From Stramenopiles sp. TOSAG23-2 (Eukaryota): a stretch of DNA of 56,309 bases. Under the pieces are notes generated by a model. The model searched no databases and was not told the DNA's origin. It saw only the letters and a list, made by a program, of their open reading frames with translations. This document shows, in pieces, positions 11,368 to 22,783 of this stretch; position 1 is the first letter of the stretch, and every line of letters starts with the position of its first letter. The position numbers and the translations under genes are program-made. The DNA lies in contig LT649258.1 in NCBI GenBank assembly GCA_900128395.1, forward strand, positions 1-56,309, given 5' to 3'.

Positions 11368-13192
11368 TTACACACTCTCTTTTACACACGACTCTTTGGC
11401 TAAATTGTCATTTTTTTTTACACCACCATCTCCATCATCCACCTCGTTTAATGGCTGAAAATTTAATGCTACATTCGAAATACTTGTTGATGCTTTATTA
11501 TTATCCTCATTGCTTGATCGCATCATTCGTGATTTCATTTCAATTTTCTTATTTTCATTTTCAATATTATCCATTGAAATACCCGTAGTTTCTAATTTCA
11601 AGCACATAGATGAAATAGTAGCAAATAATGCAAAAAATCCATATATCAAAAATGTCAACTTAACGTAACCACGTTCTGGTAAACTGACAGAAATAAAAGG
11701 TGATATCATTGAACCTAATCTACTACCAGCTACTAATATACCCATCGCTGTTGATCTTATTTTTGTATCAAAACGTTCAGGTGTGTAGATATATATTACA
11801 GTAAAAGAACCTAAAATACATGCTCGTACAATTGCCAATAGAACAGTATCAAGTGTTTCATCTCGCTTATCAATTAAAAACAAAATGCCAAAAACGAATG
11901 TAACAAAAGCGAATAAAGACGCTTGCGTCTTTTTCCTACCAATTTTATCAACTAGAAAAAAATGTCAAAATCATACCAGGAGTTTCTGAAAATGCTGAGC
12001 CGAAAATTTCAACAAATGCACTATTATGAAAAACTCTTGAACATGTCAAATCATTATTATCTTGTAATAAACTTCGCCTGGTATTATTATTGAAACTGTA
12101 TTGTGTTGGTTCATTCGCTTTATTAATTTGAATCAATTCCGTAGTTAAAAGAACAACACCATAATATATTGCAGCATTTGCAACCCACATAATAAATAAC
12201 ATTATTGTATCATGGCGATATGCTGGTGCACAAATGGATTTTATTTTATCAAATGTATTATTATTATTATCTCCATTGTTAATATCTCCATTGTTATTAG
12301 CAGTCATAATATTTCTTTCGTTGTGAGTACCGTGTGTTAATTTCAATTCACCTTTTGGCAATGGTGTTTTATTCATTTTTGATATATATATTAACATATT
12401 TTTTGCACGATCATTCTGTCCTGTGGAAAGCAAAAATCGTATGGATTCAGGTACACAAAAAAACATTCCTAGAAGAATAAATAATGGGACAGCAGTTATT
12501 ATTAACATCCATCTAAATCCAGTAGTTGGTAAAGTGATCCAACTGACTGTGACTTGAAAAAGTGTACCAGCAGTCCAAAAAGACTGAACGATTACTCCTA
12601 CACGACCACGGCTACTAGCGGGAACAAATTCCATTACCCAACTATATGCCACTGGGACACCGCCCATACCCAGACCAACAATAAATCTGGCAAATATTAA
12701 CATGCCATATGTATTGACCAGAGCACTAAAAACACCGCCAAACGAACAAAAAAATGCTGTGGTGATTGCCCCGGTTTTTCTTCCAAATTTATCAGCTAAT
12801 ATACCACAAAGAAAAGCGCCTATACCCATACCTATAAATACAGACGTTGCCATCGTACTTTGTTCCTCTGGAGTAATATCAAACCTACATTTCATTATAG
12901 GGCCTAAGAAAGACAATACCATAATCTCCATTGAATCTGCAAGATAACTAAGACCGCCAATAAAGATAACAAAATATTGAAAACGACCTATGCCAAATTT
13001 ATTTATAGCATCATCTAAGGTATATGTTTCTACAATGAAAGACAATACCATAATCTCCATTGAATCTGCAAGATAACTAAGACCGCCAATAAAGATAACA
13101 AAATATTGAAAACGACCTATGCCAAATTTATTTATAGCATCATCTAAGGTATATGTTTCTACAATATTTTCATGCCTTTCCCTTTCCATCAT
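11368..13192 (-). CDS. MFS transporter, SVOP/sugar-porter type (one frameshift, one in-frame 129-nt duplication)
   Basis: LADKFGRK motif A, EFVPASSRGR, VPESIRFL, YIYTPERFDTKIRSTAMG. Removing one base from the A7 run at 11956-11962 fuses ORFs 11948-13210 and 11368-11883 as FFLVDKIGRKKT (second motif A). Confidence 0.88.
12908..13165. repeat. Perfect 129-nt tandem duplication in MFS gene
   Basis: 12908-13036 = 13037-13165; duplicates IVETYTLDD..MVLSF. Confidence 0.95.
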
Positions 13193-13816
13193 GTTGCTAA
13201 TGATTCTCAATTAATACTTGAAATATTGAACCAAACACTAACAAATATATAAATATGTATATATATGTGGTTTTCGTTTTTCCCTACAAATAATATAATA
13301 AAAATAATATGTATTATAAAACAACTGAACTAACTTATTATTTCACTTAAAATTACGGTGTTTATTTATTTGAATTTATGGCTATGTATAGTTGCTATAT
13401 ACTTGTGAATAAATAATAATAATATCTTCTGTAAAAAATACATGCATAATAATATATATATATTCATAAAAAAAATGCAAAATAATTATTTAATAATAAT
13501 AATAAATTCGAAAAGTGCGTAGAAAATCAATCGGAAAAATACATTTGAAATTATTCACAATGATTTTAATGATATATCGATGTAGGCACAAATTAAAATG
13601 GAACAAAAAGGGTATTATTATTTATATTGTCGTCAATTTGATAAAAATATTACAGTATAGGGGCCGTAGCCGCATCAGAAAAAACCACCGCTGAAATTAA
13701 AATAAATCTGGAAAAATCGGATGAGGTGGTTGTTGTTTGCTGCGTGTGTTGCAGCTGTTGTTGTTGTTGTTGTTGAAAATAATTTTTTTTTATTATTACG
13801 TAATTATAATACTACA

Positions 13817-15017
13817 GTATTACGGATAAAGTTCAATTTGGTTGGCCCTTTTTTTTTTACAAAAACTGAAAGATCCAAACACACTTCTTCAAAACGAAAA
13901 AATAGAATAAAAACACGAATAATCGATTTAACTCCCCCAAAATTTAATAAACATCTTTAAACAAGTTGTTTACAACATATTTATTACATTTGAGAGAGTT
14001 AAATACTATTTTAAAAGTGTTATATCGTTTTCTTTTTTTTCCACGTATCGCCATAGTAGCAATTTTCCGAAATTATATCCAAATTAGGGTCACATGTAGT
14101 TACAGTCAAAATGTCATTTTGTTCATTACGTTCTTCAACGATGGTGATACCACAAAACACTTTCTGTATTAATTATTTGTCCGTGGATGTATTTGTGTGT
14201 ACTAAATAATATGATATCTATTTATGATATATATTGAATAAATACAAACTATTTAAATATAATATTTTTGAAAATTAAAAAAAACTAAAATTTGAAATAT
14301 TTTTGTATTTATTTACAGTTACATATTTTACACAACAACTTTTCCCATTTCCTCCCACAATTGATTGAAGTGAAACTGCTATTCCAAAATCATCTCTTAG
14401 ATGCATGTCTCTATTTGTCATACATAAGCTACCAATAAAATAAATTATTTCATAAATCGTGACATTTTCAAAGTGTTTCTCCGCACTAGGTAAACCTTGA
14501 AGCCTTCCATTGATTGAACAATAACGTCTACCACTACTGGTTATAGAACAAAATTCACCAGCAATCATTGTCCATACATTATCTGGTATTGCATCATCTT
14601 GATAGACCGATCTCACCAAACCATATCTATCTATAATTCTCATTCTATAATATGGTCGTATTGTTTGTGTACTGACTCTTCTTACTGGAGAATTAATGCA
14701 ATGCAATTTTTGTTTCATCTGCAGAACGATAAAGTGCCATATACCCCTAATTTGGATATAATTTCGGAAAATTGCTACTATGGCGATACGTGGAAAAAAA
14801 AGAAAACGATATAACACTTTTAAAATAGTATTTAACTCTCTCAAATGCAATAAATATGTTGTAAACAACTTGTTTAAAGATGTTTATTAAATTTTGGGGG
14901 AGTTAAATCGATTATTCGTGTTTTTATTCTATTTTTTCGTTTTGAAGAAGTGTGTTTGGATCTTTCAGTTTTTGTAAAAAAAAAAGGGCCAACCAAATTG
15001 AACTTTATCCGTAATAC
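13817..15017. repeat. Long inverted repeat: 273-nt arms (13817-14089 / 14745-15017) around a ~655-nt spacer
   Basis: The arms are reverse complements with one mismatch that I could find (ttattAcat vs ttattGcat). This is reflected in identical peptides on opposite strands in the ORF track. Confidence 0.95.
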
Positions 15018-15268
15018 CATGGTGGTGGGTACAAAAAATAATAAAAAAAAAAAAATGTTTTTTTTTTTCAAAATAAATATAATAATTCAAAATATAAGAA
15101 TTAAAAGTAAATAAAAATGTAGGTATATCTTCTATTGTATGCTTTCCTTCGTTTCATTGTACTACTAAGCTTCAATTATTAAAAATATATCATTTTAGAA
15201 AAAACTATTTTTGATTTGTGTGCCCGTCTCTCTGTGTGTGTATTTATTTATTTTTCTGTTGAAAAACT

Positions 15269-17393
15269 ATGCCTAGAAAAGTACGTGCCTTACAACCATT
15301 TGTTGCACACGGTTCTGGTGTAAATTGCTTACATGTTGGCCCGAAATCTTCTGGTGTTTTAGTTACCGGTGGGGCAGATAGGTTAGTTAATGTATGGCGT
15401 GTAGGCAAACCGACTGCTATTATGACACTAGCAGGTCATAATACACCTATAACATCCGTGCGTTTCAACAATACAGAGGAATCCGTAAATGCCGGTTCAC
15501 AAGGTGGTACGATTAAAGTATTTGCTTTAAGTTCTGGTGGGAAAACAGTTAGAAATTTATCTGGACATCGCTCCGACGTATTATGTCTTGATACGCATCC
15601 ATACCATCCATATCTATTATCTGGGAGTGCAGATACAAATATAAAAGTTTGGGATATACGTCGTAAAAATTGCATGGGGACGTATCGTGGCCATAGTGGT
15701 AGTATCACGAGCGTTTTATTTAGTCCAGATGGGTCCTTAGCTGCTTCTGGTGGAGAAGATGGTGTTGTAAAAATATGGGATTTAACAGCTGGGAAATTAT
15801 TACATCAATTTGCGGAGCATAAAAGAGCCATTACCTCTATAGCTTTTCATCCAACTGAATTTTTACTAGCTACTGCAAGCATGGATAAAACTATTAAATT
15901 TTTTGATATTGATCACTTCGGCTTAGTATCAACTACTACGACTGGGACTAGCCCTGCAAAATGTATTCAATTTCATCCTGATGGGACTTTTTTAATTGCA
16001 GCCGTTCAAGATCAAATGAAATTATTTCAATATGAGCCTGTTAAATGTTTAGAGCAAGTAGAGGTACCATGGAATAATGTTGCAAATTTTTCCATACAAC
16101 AAAGTACAAATAGAATTGTTGCTTGCACTATACAAGAAAGTTTTGTTAGTCCATTTGTAGTTAAATTATACGATCCCAATAAACAGAATGGAAAGGATCG
16201 TGATGAAGGAAATAGCAATAGTAATGATATTAGGAATCAAATCAATAAGGAGATGCAAAACATGAATATTAATAATAAAAACAATGATAATAATAATAAA
16301 AGGCTCAGCCCGCGACGATCGCCAAAACATACCTCGCCCATTATATCTCGTCCTGGCAGTAAAGTATCAAGTCCTGGAGACCGTGGTAAAAATAAAGTAT
16401 ATGAAGGCAAACGCAATAGTTCATCCTCATCGTTTCTTGATCAAGCATCTTCTAATAAGAAGAGATTTAGTTCAAAACCACCTCGAGTGCCACCACTTGA
16501 AAAGGATGTTAAAATAATGGTAGTGACACCACCAAATAGCAATGAAAAAAAATACAAAAAGAAATCACCACCCCCATCTCCTGAAAATTTTAATATAAAA
16601 AAGAAAGAAAATAGACGAAAATTTATGTCACCATCTCCCATCACTACTGCTGGGACGTTGGAAAGTAAAATGGGGGGAAGTACGGCATGATGATAGTAAC
16701 AATTTACAAAAGTTTAGCAGTAAAGAGCAGGATAAAATAGATAATTTGAAGGATATTGGTGGGAAGAAAAACGAGGATGATGATGATGAGAAGGAGGAGG
16801 ATGAATACAACGATGATTCTGATCATGAAGATGGTGTCGATTTACAACGAACAAAACCCAAAGGTCTTGATTTTAATGCATTTGTGCCTAAAAAAGCAAA
16901 AAGCAAAGGGCCAATTAATCATAAAAAGATATTGAAACAAATGATGGATGGCCGTGAAGTTTTTATGAATGTTTTGACTGAGAGATTACGTGAAGCACGT
17001 GTCTTACAAAATATGTGGCAAGAAGGCGATGTTGAAGGTGTTATAGATAATGTAATTGATATTCATGATACGAATCCAAGTGTTGCAATTGACTTCTTTC
17101 GTTTTGTTCGGTTGGATACTGAAGGAATTACATTAAGATTATGCACTCGTATTTTACCAGTATTAGAAAATTTATTAGCGGAACATTGCAAATATGACAT
17201 AGAACATAAAGCAGTTGTACTGAATTCCGTAAATGTCTTGTTCAAAGGTTTCTCTGGTTTGATAAAACGGAATCGATATGCAGCTAGTGTCCATGTAGGA
17301 CCAATGGATGTCAATGGAGAAGAACGCAATAGGAGAAGCGACTTGTGTTATCGTGGTTTCTGTCGTATATTAGGCAAACATGTTTTTGATTGA
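15269..17393 (+). CDS. KATNB1: Katanin p80 WD40 subunit B1 (one frameshift)
   Basis: N-terminal WD40 repeats (FVAHGSGVNCLHVG..LVTGGAD..VNVWRVGKPTAIMTLAGH) plus a C-terminal con80-like domain (FMNVLTERLREARVLQNMW..VDVNGEERNRR-like). Removing one G from G6 at 16672-16677 fuses the two ORFs. Confidence 0.9.
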
Positions 17394-17436
17394 GAGTAGG
17401 TCTAAAATATTTTATAAAAATCCAATCATATGACCA

Positions 17437-18852
17437 CATATGGCTCAAATCGACAAAGATTTCCCCAGGTGCTGTGTAGGCGTAACTAAAATAAGCTAAT
17501 TTTACGTAATGATATATACATGCTAAATTTAAGCGCATGGGCTCTTCCTCTTCCATTCTTGGTCAATTTCAGAACTTATCTTCTGATAACATAATCTCCG
17601 AACCTAGAAGGATCTAGGAGCTGACCTTCGACCCCGGAAATCGACTTATCTCACTTTATGAGACTTTCAGGTCCTCCAATGCTTTGTTATAATCTCCGAA
17701 CCTAGAAGGATCTAGGAGCTGACCTTCGACCCCGGAAATCGACTTATCTCACTTTATGAGATTTGACAATTTCCAGATCGAAAAATTGAAAATAAAAATG
17801 TTTTTACTTGCCTTGGTGTTGAAAAAAATAAAAAAAAATAAATAATTGCTTCATGTTTGGTCAATAACGTGTATCTCTGCAAGTTATTGGCCAATATTAA
17901 ATCTAAATATATGTGCTAGAAGGTGTATATGTGCCATTGCTTATACAAAAATATGTTGCTATAATGGAATAGTCATCGTTTTTATATAGATGTGTATAGT
18001 TTAATATATTATAACAAACGAATATTTTTTGATGATGGTCCATTTTAGCATATAAAAGGCATATTTTTGCGCTTTTTTTTAGATGAAATGTTCATAAAGT
18101 GAGAGACACGATCGCGTTATCAATATTTAGAGATAATGTAAAAGTTTAGATGAAATGTTCATAAAGTGAGAGACACGATCGCGTTATCAATATTTAGAGA
18201 TAATGTAAAGGTAGCGACGGAAATGAATAATAGATATAATAATTGATGATCATCCTTGAGATGGTGGTCAATAAAGTATTTTTAAAAAAGTTATGGGTAC
18301 ATAAAGTATTGCAAAGTTGTGTTGAGAGTGTGAGAGAAAAATATTAACTTCAATAGATAAATTAATTTCATTAAAATCATGAACGTCTCTCTGTAAATAA
18401 TTAAGGTATTTATGTCTTACTATCAACACAGCATAGCGATATTTCAGTGGACTTCACACATATCCATTTGCACATATATATGAAAATATAAATATTAACT
18501 TCAATAGATAAATTAATTTCATTAAAATCATGAACGTCTCTCTGTAAATAATTAAGGTATTTATGTCTTACTATCAACACAGCATAGCGATATTTCAGTG
18601 GACTTCACACATATCCATTTGCACATATATATGAAAATATATATATTTCTATGCATTTTCAGCAGGAACCGGTGGAACTTACATACACATACAATGGCAA
18701 AATTTCAAATTTGAAGTTATTTAATAAAATTTTACACGCACGTCATAGATATTTTTTCCCACCTGATTGCAAAATTTTATTAGAAGTTCTTAAAAATTGG
18801 CTGAGATATTGATGTTGGCATGGGGGAAATCTTTGTCGATTTGAGCCATATG
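17437..18852. mobile_element. Putative non-autonomous DNA element bounded by 30-nt inverted repeats
   Basis: catatggctcaaatcgacaaagatttcccc at 17437-17466 and its reverse complement at 18823-18852. Internal direct repeats lie at 17591-17663/17689-17761, 18078-18209 and 18339-18641. No coding capacity. Confidence 0.5.
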
Positions 18853-18937
18853 ATATGTTTTGAAAAAATACACTGTTTTATAATATTTTAGATTTTTAAA
18901 AAAAATACGAAACTCGGTAAAACTTCTAAATTTAAAA

Positions 18938-19223
18938 ATAATAAAACACACCGCGCCGCAAACCGCACACCCGCACATAAATAATCAACTCAATCAACAA
19001 TATCACACAAACATACCTCTTAAAACTCTTAATTCATTTTGTAATTTTTTAATAATTTCTTGATATTTACTAATTTTCATATAATAAAACACACCGCGCC
19101 GCAAACCGCACACCCGCACATAAATAATCAACTCAATCAACAATATCACACAAACATACCTCTTAAAACTCTTAATTCATTTTGTAATTTTTTAATAATT
19201 TCTTGATATTTACTAATTTTCAT
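18938..19223. repeat. Perfect 143-nt tandem duplication
   Basis: 18938-19080 = 19081-19223; duplicates the 3' end and UTR of the coiled-coil gene. Confidence 0.93.
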
Positions 19224-20036
19224 ACCATTTTCATGATGTATTTCTTCAACGCGTTTGTTAATAATCGTTTCCCATTGCAAATTTAATTCTTTATTTACTT
19301 TTTTACTTGCTTCCAATGATTCTTCACTCTTTTGTACACGTCTACGTAATGAACGTTCCATGATGACATTGACATCATCATTATCAATTAATTTTTGTAA
19401 TTTATTATTTTCTGTTTTCACAGATGTTAATTCATCACGTAATGTATCAATTTCTTTATTCAAGCGACGCTTCAGATCATTATTTGTTTCCACATTGACC
19501 ATATTTTCTTTTCTTAATTTATTATTTAATTCTTCAATATGCAATTTGTATTGATCTTCTTTCATTTTCATTTCATTTATTTCACTTTGTTGTTGAGAGA
19601 TTAACGTTGTTTTTTTCTCCATATCAATTGCATATGCTTCTAATATTTGTTTTTTTCCCTTTAATTCAATTTGTAAATCATCATTTTTTAATTCAATTTG
19701 TTTCCTTTGATTGATTAAATCTGTTTGTGTAGCAACATTATGTAATTTCAATTCTTTTAACATATCAATACAACGTTTATAATCATGTTTTAAACCATTA
19801 TATTTATTTAATAGCGATCTAAATTCTGCATGTATAGCAAATTCCAATTTGGTATTGAATGAATTGTTGTTATCCGTACACATTGTTTTAATATAATGTG
19901 TTAAACGATTATAAATTTCAGTAATTTCATTATTATTATTATTATTTTTCTGTTCTGTTGTTGAATATTTATCTCGTCGTCGTTGTTGTTGTTCCTTTTC
20001 TTGTTGTTGTTGGTTTCTGCTTAACAATGATGCCAT
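19146..20036 (-). CDS. Coiled-coil protein (possibly 5' truncated)
   Basis: 296-aa ORF with a heptad-rich E/K/L composition; no family recognised. Confidence 0.65.
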   Translation of the reverse strand: MASLLSRNQQQQEKEQQQRRRDKYSTTEQKNNNNNNEITEIYNRLTHYIKTMCTDNNNSFNTKLEFAIHAEFRSLLNKYNGLKHDYKRCIDMLKELKLHNVATQTDLINQRKQIELKNDDLQIELKGKKQILEAYAIDMEKKTTLISQQQSEINEMKMKEDQYKLHIEELNNKLRKENMVNVETNNDLKRRLNKEIDTLRDELTSVKTENNKLQKLIDNDDVNVIMERSLRRRVQKSEESLEASKKVNKELNLQWETIINKRVEEIHHENGMKISKYQEIIKKLQNELRVLRGMFV

Positions 20037-20151
20037 TGATTTAATTCTACGTCTTTATTTTGATTTCGGTTTTGTTAATTCGTGAAATTGTTCTGTATTT
20101 TTACGTTGAAATTCTAATATTGTTTCTTTATCTAATGTTGATAAAAAGTCT

Positions 20152-20481
20152 TTATTTTGATTTCGGTTTTGTTAATTCGTGAAATTGTTCTGTATTTTTA
20201 CGTTGAAATTCTAATATTGTTTCTTTATCTAATGTTGATAAAAATTCAAACCCGTCAACTGCTTTTTCACCTTTTACAAAGACGATATTGGCGTCGTTCC
20301 AATCACGTAAATGTCGTAATGAATGAAACGAATCTTGTACGTTAAATACAAATTTATCTTGTAGATGTTTTGGTATATGTGGGAAATTACGTGCGATACG
20401 ATAAGCCCTTCGATATAAATTTAACACTTTTGTTTGATATTCTTTATTAAATATAATTTTCTGTGTTGTTTTCGATGTCAT
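20152..20481 (-). CDS. LYR-motif (Complex1_LYR) protein
   Basis: VLNLYRRAYRIARNF..NVQDSF is an LYR + F signature. Its 3' end is duplicated (97 nt, 20051-20244). Confidence 0.72.
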   Translation of the reverse strand: MTSKTTQKIIFNKEYQTKVLNLYRRAYRIARNFPHIPKHLQDKFVFNVQDSFHSLRHLRDWNDANIVFVKGEKAVDGFEFLSTLDKETILEFQRKNTEQFHELTKPKSK

Positions 20482-20536
20482 TGATTAAATTACCTATATT
20501 TGCCGTTATATACAATATATATATATATATTCAAAT

Positions 20537-20881
20537 TTATTCTTTTTTCTTTTCTTTTTCTTCTTCTGTTTCTTCCAAACCAACTTCAGAAACAATCCAA
20601 GTTACTAATCCTAATAAACAAAATGTTAATCCACCTAAGATATACACGTGTTGATTTCCAAGACCTGTATATATATATATATATATATAAATAATATTAT
20701 GTTAGTTGATTAATTCATTATTATAGTTATTCGATTTATTCGAAGATAAACAATGTATAATGAAAATAAACTTACCTTGTGTATACAATACAATTAATAA
20801 TATTAACAATCCAACGGTAGCAAATTGAAACAAACGATAGATAAATACAGGTGTCCCTGGTTCAAATAATGCTTTTTGCAT
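20537..20881 (-). CDS. PKR1: Pkr1-like V-ATPase assembly factor, 77 aa, complement(join(20537..20664,20776..20881))
   Basis: Intron 20665-20775 (GTAAGT..ACTAAC..CAG). The spliced product MQKALFEPGTPVFIYRLFQFATVGLLILLIVLYTQGLGNQHVYILGGLTFCLLGLVTWIVSEVGLEETEEEKEKKKE matches the Pkr1 pattern (FxPGT, two TMs, GNxH, WxxxE, charged tail). Confidence 0.75.
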
Positions 20882-21662
20882 GGTATATATTTTTCTTTCG
20901 CTTTTCGATTTTCTTATTTTCACACATTGAGGATGTTTTTGTGTTTTTTTGTATTTATTTATCAATTATTTAAGTGCCAGAGTGAAGGAATGAAAGTGGT
21001 ACAAGTAGTAGTAAAAAAGCATATATTTATATATTTATGGTTAAAAAATGCAAAATATATATAGATTAACACCTGATTTTATACAATATGTGACGCGATT
21101 GAACGATTAAATGGCATTCGAATCATTATCTCCTCTCAGCATCTCGTCCCTTCCTTGGCATACACAGTACACATACCCACACATCCCTGCATAAATGTAT
21201 CACCAAATAATACAAATTGTTTTCTTAATATGCTCAACTCAATCATTTCATTTATAAATCCCTCTCTCTCTCTCTCTGTTAATACCTACGTTAATTTAAT
21301 ACACCAACACATCAATTGAACAACTATGTCTCACATCTTAATTTCATGTGAATTATTTTCTGTTCGCCACGTCAAATGCATAAAATTACATACAATTTTG
21401 ATTTTCTTCATCTTTCCTCCTCTTCTCTTTATATTTTTTTAACAAAACACCATCAAAACCTCTTTTCGATTTATTTTGATGATTATTTCAATATTATCAT
21501 TATTATATTCATTTGTTTACATTACTAAAAATAAATATACATGTACAAAGTACATATATTATTATTATTACTCCTACTACCACTACACGTCACATTTATG
21601 CAGCACATTTCTGTCCACAACGCATATAAAAAATAAATTTTGTTACGGATGATGGACAAATC

Positions 21663-21844
21663 TCGTACATAAGGGAAAAATTTATGGAATCCCGTCGTAC
21701 TTTTTTAAAAAATAGATTAAGTATATATATTTGTATACTAAGGTTCAGGGGTTTATTTGGTAGTAATATTAGTATACAAATATATATACTTAATATATTT
21801 TTAAAAAAGTATGACGGATTTCAGAAATTTTTCCTTATGTACGA
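21663..21844. mobile_element. MITE-like palindrome, family A copy 1
   Basis: ~80-nt imperfect arms (tcgtacataagg..ttaagtatatatatttgtatactaa and its reverse complement) with a 27-nt loop; related copy at 30.8 kb. Confidence 0.7.
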
Positions 21845-21897
21845 AAGGCACTTTTTTCGTGAAAAATTTATGAACGTTCACATGTGCACCCAGACCA

Positions 21898-22177
21898 GCA
21901 GATGATTAGTAAATCGGACCGAAAATATTAGGATAGGAATAGCATTATAACAGAGTTGAAGAGTAGGGTTCAAGCGGACCGTAATTTTATCACAATATGC
22001 CGATTATGGATATTATTAACATACAAATATCCGATTTTATTTTGTAAAATGGTATATCGCTTTGTTTATTTCTTTTAAAAAAATGAAATCACAAAATCCT
22101 TTTTTAAAATTCATTTTTTGATAAAATTTGGGTCCGCTTGATTTCGGTCCCATTGGTTCCGATTTAGAATCATCTAC
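21898..22177. mobile_element. MITE-like element with imperfect TIRs
   Basis: Left agatgatt..taaatcgga and tcaagcggacc..aattttatca match the reverse complement of 22112-22177. Confidence 0.55.
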
Positions 22178-22783
22178 CTAAGTATTGATTATTGATTAGT
22201 GCAGTGCACCTTTTTTTTACATGCACACAGCAGGGGCAACATATCGACAATCGACACTGAATTAACATCCTCATTGAATTAGAATGCTATTTACAACTTC
22301 ATTATTCCATTTGTTAATTGCTGATTAATAAATAGTAAATCGACACTGAATTAACATCCTCATTGAATTAGAATGCTATTTACAACTTCATTATTCCATT
22401 TGTTAATTGCTGATTAATAAATAGTAATAAATACCCGTATTGAGACCTCATAAATGCTGTGAAAAATACTAATATTGATATGCAATGTAGGATATGTGGA
22501 GCATTGGTTTTTAAGACAAAGATATCCATCTGCTTCGAGATCCAAACGGTTTATCCATACGAACCAAGAAGAGGTGTAGAGCAACAACTCTAGAAAAAGA
22601 TATAAGATATTATATATATTTACAAAAGTAAAAGTAAAGTCTGTAAAGTTTCAACAGACTTTAGACTTTCTTCTTAGTTATATAGAGTTACATATAGATA
22701 TATTCTACTGTATAAATATATATAAAATTATTAATTACGTATTACTGCGCATTTCTTTCTGGCTCAGAAAATTATATATAAAC

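Noticed and set aside
21060..21520. Possible intron-split small gene on the minus strand (..GCVGMCTVYAKEGTRC-TGA)
   Set aside because: Could not build a consistent exon chain, or find a SECIS or homology support.
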